The position numbers were made by a program, and so were the translations under genes. A DNA stretch of 22,100 nt from Deltaproteobacteria bacterium (lineage in GTDB: Bacteria > Myxococcota_A > UBA9160 > SMWR01): the NCBI GenBank assembly GCA_032128375.1, contig JAQBGU010000108.1, positions 1 to 22,100 of the forward strand, written 5' to 3'. This document shows, one piece after another, positions 1 through 8,671 of this stretch. Below the pieces are notes generated by a model that did not search any database, had not been told where the DNA came from, and was given only the letters and a program-made list of their open reading frames with translations. Numbering within the stretch: the first letter of the stretch is position 1; each line of letters begins with the position of its first letter.

Positions 1-134
1 CACAGATCTTCTGCGGCGATCAGCCCACAGATCTTCTGCGGCGATCAGCCCACAGATCTTCTGCGGCGATCAGCCCACAGATCTTCTGCGGCGACCACCC
101 CAAACCTCTTCTGCGGGCGATCACCCCAAACCTC
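1..134. repeat. 25-bp tandem repeat array (unit CACAGATCTTCTGCGGCGATCAGCC), truncated by the window edge
   Basis: Three perfect copies (1-25, 26-50, 51-75), a fourth with 2 mismatches (76-100), a degenerate 26-bp fifth (101-126) and a partial sixth (127-134). No spacers. Confidence 0.95.
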
Positions 135-199
135 CGATCTGAACAATGAGCTCCCGCCTCACAAATGAGCCGGCCCCCCCATATCCATATCCGACCCGT

Positions 200-793
200 C
201 TACCCGCGACCAATCTGCTCGATAAACGCAGTATGAACCCGCAGATCGAGGGTCAGCTCCGGGTGGAAAGTCGTCGCCATCACATTGGCTTGGCGGACGA
301 AGACCGGCCATCCGTCCACCCGCGCGAGAACTTCGACTTCGGCACTGGGGCGACGCAGACGGGGGGCGCGGATAAACACGCACTGAAGACCCGGAAACAC
401 CCCCTCCGCGATGGCCGAAAACGAATCCACCTGGGTCCCGTACGCGTTTCGGACCGCAACCACGTCGATCAGACCGAGGCTGCGCACTGGATGGTTCTCG
501 ACCTCACGTGCAACCAGCACCGCCCCCGCACAGGTCCCCAATATTGGCCGGCCCGATTTGGCGAAGGACTCGAGCGGCTCATACAGCCCCACTCGAGCCA
601 ATCCCTTGGAAATCGTCGTGGACTCACCTCCGGGCAGCACGAGCGCGTCGATCCCATCGAGATCCTTCTCGTGGCGAACGCGAACCCAATCAGCACCCGA
701 TCTCACCAGCGCTGCTCCGTGGGCCTCCACGTCACCTTGAATCGCCAGGATGCCGACCCGCGGCTTCCATCCCGATCGGCGGTCTTCCCCCAC
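200..793 (-). CDS. pdxT: Pyridoxal 5'-phosphate synthase glutaminase subunit PdxT
   Basis: Motifs GILAIQGD, LPGGEST, GTCAG (catalytic Cys), RNAYG, FIRAP, FHPE. GTG at 793 is preferred over ATG 832, which overlaps pdxS. Confidence 0.96.
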   Translation of the reverse strand: MGEDRRSGWKPRVGILAIQGDVEAHGAALVRSGADWVRVRHEKDLDGIDALVLPGGESTTISKGLARVGLYEPLESFAKSGRPILGTCAGAVLVAREVENHPVRSLGLIDVVAVRNAYGTQVDSFSAIAEGVFPGLQCVFIRAPRLRRPSAEVEVLARVDGWPVFVRQANVMATTFHPELTLDLRVHTAFIEQIGRG

Positions 794-803
794 CCGAATC
801 GCC

Positions 804-1727
804 CTACCAGCCTCTGTTGGCCATTCGTTCATGCTCGGCCAACGTTTCCATTTCGATGCCTTCCATCGCTTTGCCTAACCCGCGACACGCCGCGAGAACC
901 TCTTCGGGCTCATCCCAGTGCGTAGTGGCACGAACGATGGCGCGCGCGCGGACTGCCGGGTCGTCCGATTTGAAGATCCCGGACCCCACGAATACCGCTT
1001 CCGCTCCAAGTGCCATGCAAAGGGCGGCATCCGCAGGCGTCGCGATTCCTCCAGCGGCGAAATTCGGAACCGGAAGCCGGCCAGTCCGGGCAACCCGCTC
1101 AACCAGATCCAACGGCGCGCGCAGTTCTTTCGCCCGCGCCGGCAGCTCCTCTGGAAGTAGCGCAGCCAGCGACCGCATCTGACCCACGACGGAGCGAAGG
1201 TGTCTGACCGCTTCGACGATGTTGCCGCTTCCGGCCTCACCCTTGGTCCGAATCATCGCGGCGCCTTCGGAAATGCGGCGCAACGCCTCCCCGAGGTCTC
1301 GCGCGCCACAGACAAACGGCGATCGGAAATCGGACTTGGCCACGTGGTGAGCGTCGTCCGCAGGGGTCAGCACTTCGCTTTCGTCGATGAAGTCGACACC
1401 CAGCGATTCGAGGATTCGCGCCTCGGCGAAGTGGCCGATTCTCACCTTTGCCATCACCGGGATCGAGACCGTGCGTTGGATGCCCTCGATGATTTCGATC
1501 GAACACATCCGCGCAACTCCCCCATCCCGCCTGATATCGGAAGGCACGCGCTCGAGTGCCATTACCGCGGTGGCGCCCGAATCTTCGGCGATCTTGGCCT
1601 GGTCCGGGTTCGTCACATCCATGATCACGCCACCCTTGAGCATCTCGGCCAGACCAACCTTGATTTCGAATGATTGAGCGGTCGCTCCGGCGCCCTCACC
1701 GTTCCCGTTCGAACTACTGTCAGCCAT
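804..1727 (-). CDS. pdxS: Pyridoxal 5'-phosphate synthase lyase subunit PdxS
   Basis: Motifs [81 protein letters not shown] precedes ATG 1727 (alternative start 1739). Confidence 0.98.
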   Translation of the reverse strand: MADSSSNGNGEGAGATAQSFEIKVGLAEMLKGGVIMDVTNPDQAKIAEDSGATAVMALERVPSDIRRDGGVARMCSIEIIEGIQRTVSIPVMAKVRIGHFAEARILESLGVDFIDESEVLTPADDAHHVAKSDFRSPFVCGARDLGEALRRISEGAAMIRTKGEAGSGNIVEAVRHLRSVVGQMRSLAALLPEELPARAKELRAPLDLVERVARTGRLPVPNFAAGGIATPADAALCMALGAEAVFVGSGIFKSDDPAVRARAIVRATTHWDEPEEVLAACRGLGKAMEGIEMETLAEHERMANRGW

Positions 1728-1826
1728 CGTCTCCTCCATCGAGCGGAACGATCCGCTCCGGTTTTGAACCTTCTCCGAGCCCTTCCCAATACCTTGTCTA
1801 CATTTCGTGTCTGCTTTCCGTATCCA

Positions 1827-3311
1827 CTACATGTGCAGGCGCGCGGCTTGGGGTTTGTCGGCGAGCCGCGCTTTCACGACCTTGCCCAGCGCTGCGACCC
1901 CTGCCCGGATCGCGCGGCTGTCGGCCATTGCATAGGTCAAGCGCAGTCCACTCGACGCGCGGCCATCGGGGTAGAATTGGGCACCGGGCGAAAACAGCAC
2001 TCCCGCCCCTGCCGCGTCCGGTAGCAGCTCGCTGGTGTCCAGCCCTGCCGGGAGTTCAACCCACATCTGCAACCCACCCTCGGGACTCGTCCAACGGGTA
2101 CCGGGGGGCATCTCAGCCACCAAGGCGGACAGTAGGACGTCGCGGCGTTCCAACAGAACCCGCCGCACCCGGCCGAGATGCCGGTCGTACGCTCCGTTGG
2201 AAACGAATTCCGCCAGCGCCGCTTGAAGCGGCAGCGCGTCGGAGAGATCCGTCGATGCCTTCAGAGCGGCCAGCGCGCCAACCAGCCGACCATGCGCGGT
2301 AATGGCGCCGATGCGAGCGCCCGGAAATAACGATTTCGAGAACGAAAACAGGTGGCAGACCGCGCCGGTCGAGTCCAGCGCCGCGAGCGATGGTACGGCC
2401 CGGCCATCGAGCCGCAGGTCCGTTTCGTAGCCGTCCTCGATGATCGGCTTTTGAAAACGGGCGGCGATCGCCAGCAGTGCGCGGCGATGCGCGATCGTCG
2501 TCGTTGTGCCAAGCGGATTGTGGAATGTCGGAATCGTGTAGAGCGCCTTGACCTCGGGCCGTGCGAGTGTTTGCTCGAGCACCGACAAGTCGAGTCCAGT
2601 GTCTCGCATCGGAATGGGAGCCGTTTCCAAGCCAAGAGCGATGGTGGCTGCCAGTAGGTTGTTGTAGGTAGGCTCTTCGATCGCAACGACGTCGCCGGGC
2701 TGCGCAAACAGGCGAAGGGTCAGTGAAATCCCCTGGCTTGCGCCGTGGCACAGCACGACACCGTCGGGTTCGATTTCGATCCCAGCGCGGCGAAAGCGCT
2801 CGGCCAGCAGCCCGCGCAGAGCAGGGTGACCCTGCGGCCCACCGTAGAGCAGCAGCTCCGGACCGTGGTCTACGAACACGCGATTGAGCACGCGCCGGAA
2901 CTCATCGGCCGGAAACAGTGACGGATCGGGAACCAACGAGTGCATAGCCACCGCGTTGGTGGCACTGCCGAATCGCGGACGCGCACGCTCGAATGCCAGC
3001 AGGCGTTCTGTCATCGGCGACAAGGTGGCGACCAGCGCAGCGGACGCGGCGACGGAGGTGGCCGATTTCGCGATGAAGGTGCCGCGTCCTACCGATGACT
3101 CGACGACCCCGGATCCGGCGAGTTGCTCGTAGGCGAGAGCAACCGTGTCTCGGTTGACGCCGAGCCGACGCGCCAGATCGCGAATGGCTGGCAGCCTTTC
3201 TCCCGGGTCCAGCGTGCCTTCCACAACCTGCTGGCGAATCGAGTCAGCAATCTGCCGGTAAACCGGTCGTCCGTCCTCCCGATGAACTCCGCGGTCCAGC
3301 GCGATCTCCAT
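1827..3311 (-). CDS. MocR/GabR-family regulator (GntR wHTH plus class I aminotransferase-like PLP domain), probable PdxR
   Basis: N-terminal VYRQIAD..PGERLPAIRDLARRLGVNRDTVALAYEQL..GRGTFI; PTFHNPLG, IIEDGY and SFSKSLFPGARIG (PLP lysine). Lies directly upstream of pdxST. Confidence 0.92.
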   Translation of the reverse strand: MEIALDRGVHREDGRPVYRQIADSIRQQVVEGTLDPGERLPAIRDLARRLGVNRDTVALAYEQLAGSGVVESSVGRGTFIAKSATSVAASAALVATLSPMTERLLAFERARPRFGSATNAVAMHSLVPDPSLFPADEFRRVLNRVFVDHGPELLLYGGPQGHPALRGLLAERFRRAGIEIEPDGVVLCHGASQGISLTLRLFAQPGDVVAIEEPTYNNLLAATIALGLETAPIPMRDTGLDLSVLEQTLARPEVKALYTIPTFHNPLGTTTTIAHRRALLAIAARFQKPIIEDGYETDLRLDGRAVPSLAALDSTGAVCHLFSFSKSLFPGARIGAITAHGRLVGALAALKASTDLSDALPLQAALAEFVSNGAYDRHLGRVRRVLLERRDVLLSALVAEMPPGTRWTSPEGGLQMWVELPAGLDTSELLPDAAGAGVLFSPGAQFYPDGRASSGLRLTYAMADSRAIRAGVAALGKVVKARLADKPQAARLHM

Positions 3312-3317
3312 TGCGGC

Positions 3318-3346
3318 ATTCTACAGACGGGCCAATTGCCGGTCAA
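3318..3346 (-). promoter_or_regulatory. Sigma70-type promoter for the MocR gene: TTGACC-17 nt-TAGAAT
   Basis: -35 at 3346-3341 and -10 at 3323-3318, with 6 nt to the ATG at 3311. Confidence 0.7.
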
Positions 3347-3498
3347 TTGTCAAATGTCCGGACAGTACTTCAAATTCTGGAACAAAATTACCACCGCCTA
3401 CCAGACAATTATCGACATCGAGAAGGTCTCGAGAAATTGTTCTGCGTGCGGATGTTCACATCGAAATCGAATCGCCGTGCTGCCAGCGTCGGCGGTTT

Positions 3499-4785
3499 TC
3501 AGACGCTCTGGGAAGACTCGTTGCTGGCCGAAGCCATCGGTAGCGTCTTGCCCATTCCGAGTATGCGAGCGAGACCGATCGCGGCCAATCCGACGAAACC
3601 GGAGAACAGAGCGCCCATTTTGGCTTGGCCGAGCAGGATCGGGTCGGTGAATGCAGCGCCGGCGACGAACAGAGCGACCGTCAACCCGAGTGAGGCAATG
3701 AATCCCGCCATCACGAGTTCGTTCAAGCCCATTCGGTCTGGCAGCGGGAAGCCGATCTTTATCGCGATCACCCCCATCAGCGTGACGCCAACCGTCTTCC
3801 CGATCACCAGAGAGCCCAGGATCAACCAGGTCATCGAACCGATCGAAGCCAGTTGGACACCAGCATTCGTGAACGCGAAAAAAAACAGCCCCAGGTCTAC
3901 GAACAGTTTGAGTTGATGCTCGAATTGGTGGAGCGGCGAATGTTGCATGTGGAGATCCGCGGCGAGCATCTCGCCCATGAAATCGACTTCGTCCTGCTCT
4001 TTGAATAGACCGGTGTCGCGGCGTGGACCGGGCAGCACCGGCACGATGAAAACCAGCGCTAGTGCCGGGTGAAGGTGCGCCATCGCCAGACCGAGCCATG
4101 CGAGCGGACCGCCGACACAGATGTATGGCACCCAGTTCCGGATGTTCATTCTTCGCATCGCGTAGCAGACACCCATTCCGACGAGGATCAGCCCCAGGAA
4201 CTGCGGCTGCGCGGGAATCGACGGGTCACCATAGAAGACTGCGATGATGACCAGGCCGACTGCGTCGTCTGCAACCGCTAGCAGCAACAAGAAGTCGATC
4301 GCGGGATGACCCTTTCCGAACACCGCGCGCGCGACCAGCCAGGCGAGCGCAATGTCCGTCGCGGTCGGGATCCCCCAGCCGCGGCGGAGGGTCTCCATAT
4401 CGTCGCTGGGGCCTCCGTATACCAACGAAAGCCCGACCAGAAAAACCAACACGGGCCCTACGACCCCGCCAGCCGTTGCCATCAGAGGATTGATCGATTT
4501 GCGGATCGGGTTCAGGTTTCCGCCGGGCAAGCACGACTCGGTGATCTCTTTCGCTGCAATGCCGAAGAAGAGCACCATAAACACATCGTTTACGACCCAG
4601 TGCAGCGTGAAGTGGTGACCCAGCACGTGTAGGTCACCGAGCGGCGCCCAGTGAATCAGGTGTTCATACGACTCGTAATCGAGATTCGCCCAGAGCATCG
4701 CAATCGCAACACCGATGAGAAGCGGAAGGGAGAACTCCTGGAGATAATTGATGAAGCCCGGCCTGCTCTGTTCGATCACGTCCAC
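3499..4785 (-). CDS. nhaA: Na+/H+ antiporter NhaA
   Basis: Multi-TM protein with NDVFMVLFF, GWGIPTATDIA, LAVADD (DD pair), GKTVG (Lys) and LGLTVALFV motifs. GTG start. Confidence 0.92.
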   Translation of the reverse strand: MDVIEQSRPGFINYLQEFSLPLLIGVAIAMLWANLDYESYEHLIHWAPLGDLHVLGHHFTLHWVVNDVFMVLFFGIAAKEITESCLPGGNLNPIRKSINPLMATAGGVVGPVLVFLVGLSLVYGGPSDDMETLRRGWGIPTATDIALAWLVARAVFGKGHPAIDFLLLLAVADDAVGLVIIAVFYGDPSIPAQPQFLGLILVGMGVCYAMRRMNIRNWVPYICVGGPLAWLGLAMAHLHPALALVFIVPVLPGPRRDTGLFKEQDEVDFMGEMLAADLHMQHSPLHQFEHQLKLFVDLGLFFFAFTNAGVQLASIGSMTWLILGSLVIGKTVGVTLMGVIAIKIGFPLPDRMGLNELVMAGFIASLGLTVALFVAGAAFTDPILLGQAKMGALFSGFVGLAAIGLARILGMGKTLPMASASNESSQSV

Positions 4786-4861
4786 CTACTTGTCCATCTC
4801 GATGAAAACACTCGATTGCGCTGAGCATCCGATCCGAAACGCGACCGCGGCACGGGCTTGC

Positions 4862-5584
4862 TCATGTTGCCGCCTGGTTTTTGGAATCAACGCTCTTCAG
4901 ATCGCCTTCGTCGCCGGACTGGTCCAGAGCATCGGACTGGTCCAGAGCATCGAAGCTGCGATTGTAGCGGTTCATGGCAGGCGTCACGCCGAACAAGATC
5001 ATCGTAGCGAGCGCTTCGGCCGCACAGCCGATGCGCGGGACCAATGCCGACTCCTCGGTATCCGAAAAATCCTGCAACACCCAATCAACCGTCGTAGCAG
5101 TCGGCTGGTCAGGCCGTCCGATCCCGAAGCGCAGGCGCGGGAAATCCCCGTGGCCCAAGCAATCGATCACGTTTGCCAGTCCACGGTGTCCCCCCGAGCT
5201 TCCCCGCGGACGAATTCGCAGGCGACCAAAGGGCAAGTCGACATCGTCGAACACGATCATCAGATCGGTCGCTGGGTCCACGACGCGGAGTTCTGCGAGT
5301 GCCTGCGCAACCGCCTGACCGGATCGATTCATGAATGTCTGGGGCGCCAACACTGCGACCGAAGTGACTGCGACCGAAGTGCGAACGGACGCGGCATCGG
5401 GCGCGGCAATCTGCGCGCCAGCCTGCGCGCCAACTACACCTTGTCCGAATCGCCCCGAAAACTGCGACCGGCTCAAAGAGAAACCACAATCGGCCGCGAA
5501 ACGCTCCGCGACCCGAACACCGATATTGTGGCGGCTGCGCGTGTAGCGATGGCCAGGATTCCCCAGGCCGACGACCAGTTTCAC
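4862..5584 (-). CDS. pth: Peptidyl-tRNA hydrolase
   Basis: KLVVGLGNPG, RHNIG, PQTFMNRSG, DDVDLP, GGHRGL, RLRFGIGRP. Canonical position after rplY. Confidence 0.96.
   Translation of the reverse strand: MKLVVGLGNPGHRYTRSRHNIGVRVAERFAADCGFSLSRSQFSGRFGQGVVGAQAGAQIAAPDAASVRTSVAVTSVAVLAPQTFMNRSGQAVAQALAELRVVDPATDLMIVFDDVDLPFGRLRIRPRGSSGGHRGLANVIDCLGHGDFPRLRFGIGRPDQPTATTVDWVLQDFSDTEESALVPRIGCAAEALATMILFGVTPAMNRYNRSFDALDQSDALDQSGDEGDLKSVDSKNQAAT
4915..4952. repeat. 18-bp in-frame tandem duplication in the pth 3' end (DALDQS x2)
   Basis: CGGACTGGTCCAGAGCAT at 4915-4932 and 4933-4950. Confidence 0.9.
5352..5381. repeat. 15-bp in-frame tandem duplication in pth (TSVAV x2)
   Basis: ACTGCGACCGAAGTG at 5352-5366 and 5367-5381. 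Confidence 0.9.
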
Positions 5585-5592
5585 TGCCCCCG

Positions 5593-6267
5593 TCAGTCGG
5601 CGCTCGAGTCTTTTGCTGCCTCGGTAGCCTTAGCGCCCGTGTCGCCGGGCTCCGCCGCTTCATCGTCGCCCTCTTCCGCGACCCCTTCCGCTTCCGCAGA
5701 AACCGGTGCAACGACGGATACGATCGACAAGTCCCCATCTGTCAGCAGTTCGATGCCATCCGGAAGAACGATGTCGCGAACGTGGATCGAATCACCGACT
5801 TCCAGTACGCTCACATCGACCGAAAATTCCTCGGGAATCGCGCTCGGCAGACATTGGACATCGATCGTTCTCAGCGCGTGATCGACGATGCCGCCCGTCT
5901 TCACACCGGCAGCAATCCCGGCCAGCTGGATCGGCACCGATACGTGGATCGTCTCGGTCAGGTTGACCGCGAAGAAGTCGGCGTGGATCAACGCTCGTGA
6001 GACCGGATCGATCTGGAGTTCCTTGACGAGCACCTGAGCACCGTCGAAGACGCCGCCGCCGGCGACCTTCAAATCGATCAGAGTGTTCAGGCCGGCCGCG
6101 CTGGTTCTCAACAGCAGGGAAAGTGTCCGCGCCTCCACGCTGACAGACACGGACGCTCCGCCATGCTTGTAGCAGGTTCCCGGAATGCGGCCAGCCGCAC
6201 GCATTCTGCGTGCGGGGCCCTTGCCAGTTTCATTGCGCGGCTCGGCTTCGAGTGCGAAATCACCCAT
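5593..6267 (-). CDS. rplY: 50S ribosomal protein bL25 / general stress protein Ctc (long form)
   Basis: GKGPARRMRAAGRIPG, VKELQIDPV, HADF, VSVPI, GVKTGG, CLPSAIPE, GDSIHVRDI and an acidic tail. SD AAGAAGGA. Lies between prs and pth. Confidence 0.96.
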   Translation of the reverse strand: MGDFALEAEPRNETGKGPARRMRAAGRIPGTCYKHGGASVSVSVEARTLSLLLRTSAAGLNTLIDLKVAGGGVFDGAQVLVKELQIDPVSRALIHADFFAVNLTETIHVSVPIQLAGIAAGVKTGGIVDHALRTIDVQCLPSAIPEEFSVDVSVLEVGDSIHVRDIVLPDGIELLTDGDLSIVSVVAPVSAEAEGVAEEGDDEAAEPGDTGAKATEAAKDSSAD

Positions 6268-6385
6268 GCGATTCGATCCTTCTTTCCAATGGCCAAGGCC
6301 AAGGCCGATAGCCCAGCACCAGTTCCAGTTCCAAGCGGCATCGCAGACCTTGGCGATCCGTTTGGTTCACATTAATTTCAGTCAA

Positions 6386-7324
6386 TCAAACGAACAGAGA
6401 ACTCACACTCTCTTCGTTGTTGATGCGTCGTATCGCCTCACCCAGTAACGGGGCGATCGATGAGACGTGGAGCTTCGGACAATCCCGAGCGTCATCGCGC
6501 AGCGGGATCGTGTCGGTCACGATCAATTCCTTGAGCGGGCTTTCGGCAATCCGTTTGATCGCCGGCCCCGACAGAATGGGGTGCGTGATGACCGCGTAGA
6601 CGGCCTTCGCACCTTCGCGGTCGAGTGCCCGGGCGCCCTCCGTCAGCGTACCCGCCGTATCCACCATGTCGTCGACGATCACACAGGTCTTGCCCTTCAC
6701 ATCTCCGACGATGTGCATGACTTCAGCGATGTTCGCAGACTCGCGGCGCTTATCGATGATGGCCAGGCCCGCGTCGAGCCGCTTCGCGTACGCGCGGGAG
6801 CGCTCTACACCGCCAGCGTCGGGCGAGATGATCGTCAGCGGGCCGGGGTAGCGGATCCGGATCTCGTCGAGCAACACCGGCGTCGAGAATATATTGTCGA
6901 CCGGAATATTGAAAAAACCCTGAATCTGCCCCGCGTGCAGGTCGATGCACAGCACACGATCGGTGCCCGGTGTGCCGATCAGGTCGGCTACCAGCTTGGC
7001 GGAAATCGGAACCCGGGGCCGTATCTTGCGATCTTGGCGAGCGTAGCCGTAATACGGCATGACGGCGGTGATTCGCTTTGCCGATGACCGGCGCAGCGCG
7101 TCGATCATGATCAGCAGTTCCATCAAGTAGCCGTTGGCCGGTGCGCAAGTCGACTGGATCACGAAACAGTCCATTCCGCGGACATTCTCGCCGATCTCGA
7201 CGTTCACTTCTCCATCGCTGAAGGTACCGACGGTCGCCAAACCGAGTGGCGTATCCAGGTACGTGGCCACGGCCCGGGCGAGGTCAGGGTTCGAGTTACC
7301 GGCGAAGAGTTTTGCACGCTGCAT
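6386..7324 (-). CDS. prs: Ribose-phosphate pyrophosphokinase
   Basis: [43 protein letters not shown]. Start is ATG 7324 (or 7333); the ORF-track extension to 7492 overlaps ispE. Confidence 0.98.
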   Translation of the reverse strand: MQRAKLFAGNSNPDLARAVATYLDTPLGLATVGTFSDGEVNVEIGENVRGMDCFVIQSTCAPANGYLMELLIMIDALRRSSAKRITAVMPYYGYARQDRKIRPRVPISAKLVADLIGTPGTDRVLCIDLHAGQIQGFFNIPVDNIFSTPVLLDEIRIRYPGPLTIISPDAGGVERSRAYAKRLDAGLAIIDKRRESANIAEVMHIVGDVKGKTCVIVDDMVDTAGTLTEGARALDREGAKAVYAVITHPILSGPAIKRIAESPLKELIVTDTIPLRDDARDCPKLHVSSIAPLLGEAIRRINNEESVSSLFV

Positions 7325-7373
7325 GGGTTCCATACTCCGACGCCGGTTTCTTGGCGGCTCTGGATCAGTCAGG

Positions 7374-8288
7374 CTAACGAGAATCAATCGTTGTCGCGAC
7401 CCGAGCCCAAACTGGACTCTCGAACCCGATCCTCTCGAGCGCCGACTGGGCCGAATCCAGCGATTCGAACACCCCGTAGACGGTGGGCCCACTGCCCGAC
7501 ATACCGATTTGCCGTGGCCCCTGTTTTCGAATCTGCTCGATCAACGTCGCAACAGGCGGACACAGAGAAACCGCGGCTGCCTGCAGATCATTGTGCACCG
7601 ATTGCGAACGAGGCGCGATAGTGTCCCATCGCAGATCGGACGCAACCCTGGGCGTGATCTGAGGCGGCCGGATCGTACGGTCGCGCGCGACCGGCGTCAA
7701 TGCAGCGTTCGGTCCGTCGTCGAATGCCCGGAAGACCCGTGCGGTCGTCAGGGCTTCGCCCGGGTTGGCGAGCAGAAGCGGCAGTGCAGGTGCGCCGGAA
7801 ACAGGCTCGAGGTTCTCGCCGATGCCGGTCACCCAGCAAGGTCGTGGATCCAGAAAGAACGGGACATCGGCTCCCAACCCCAGCGCGACCTGCACTAGCT
7901 CTGGTGCACTGACGGCCTCCGGGAATGCGTCCCGCAACGCCCGCAGCACGGCCCCCGCGTCGCTCGATCCCCCGCCGAGGCCAGCGCCGGTCGGGATACG
8001 CTTGGTGACCCGCAGCCGAATGCGAACCTGCAACCCCGCCGCTCTGGCGAACGCCGCAGCGGCGAGCGCAGCCAGGTTGGTGCCATCCGCTGGAACCCCC
8101 TGCTTTCGCCCGACCACTTCAATTTCGACCCCTACCGGATCCGCCTCGCCGACTTCGATCGCGATTTCGTCGCTGAGGTCGAGGGGCACGAACAGGCTCT
8201 CCAGTTCGTGGTATCCGTTGGCGCGACGGGCGACGATCCGGAGTCCGAGATTGATTTTCGCGGACGCCGAACAGCTGAGTCTACGCAT
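7374..8288 (-). CDS. ispE: 4-diphosphocytidyl-2-C-methyl-D-erythritol kinase
   Basis: AKINLGL, GHMP motif [30 protein letters not shown]. Canonical position before prs. Confidence 0.96.
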   Translation of the reverse strand: MRRLSCSASAKINLGLRIVARRANGYHELESLFVPLDLSDEIAIEVGEADPVGVEIEVVGRKQGVPADGTNLAALAAAAFARAAGLQVRIRLRVTKRIPTGAGLGGGSSDAGAVLRALRDAFPEAVSAPELVQVALGLGADVPFFLDPRPCWVTGIGENLEPVSGAPALPLLLANPGEALTTARVFRAFDDGPNAALTPVARDRTIRPPQITPRVASDLRWDTIAPRSQSVHNDLQAAAVSLCPPVATLIEQIRKQGPRQIGMSGSGPTVYGVFESLDSAQSALERIGFESPVWARVATTIDSR

Positions 8289-8305
8289 ACGCGTACCCGC
8301 TTTGC

Positions 8306-8662
8306 TTATTTTCGGACGGCGACGTACTTCGTTCGGAGTTCAAAGAGAATGCTCTCGAGCAGCTTTTTTTCATCCGGCTGCAGATTCCCGCGGGTTTTCT
8401 CCGCGATCATCTCGAGCGTGCCGATCGTTTGGCGAGCGATCAACCGGTCTGCCTCGTCGAGTGCCTTGGGCGGCCCGTCACGATCACGGTCTGGGTCGGG
8501 TGCCAATCCCAAATGGTAGAGCACCGAGGTGCCCAGTGAGAGCACGAACGTCGAAAAATCGGTGCCCGTGAGAGCCTCCTGCTCGCCGGCCGCTTCCGCG
8601 TCGCGCATCGTGAAGCCACGCTTGTAAGCGTCTCGATCCGGCGTTCGTTCATCGCTTCCCAT
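8306..8662 (-). CDS. DUF1844-like protein
   Basis: Pattern F-STFVLSL...LG..PDP...ARQTI..LEMI.EKTRGNL..DE..LL..IL.ELR..YV recalled for DUF1844. SD GAGGA. Confidence 0.8.
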   Translation of the reverse strand: MGSDERTPDRDAYKRGFTMRDAEAAGEQEALTGTDFSTFVLSLGTSVLYHLGLAPDPDRDRDGPPKALDEADRLIARQTIGTLEMIAEKTRGNLQPDEKKLLESILFELRTKYVAVRK

Positions 8663-8671
8663 GATTCCTCG

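Noticed and set aside
1..134. CRISPR array
   Set aside because: Units are directly abutting with no unique spacers, and no cas genes are in the window.
146..925. 259-aa plus-strand ORF and other long antisense ORFs (e.g. 4748-5881, 7765-8571, 12054-12923)
   Set aside because: Shadows of well-supported opposite-strand genes in GC-rich DNA, with no recognisable motifs.
7334..7492. N-terminal extension of Prs in the ORF track
   Set aside because: Overlaps ispE; Prs similarity begins at MQRAKLF.
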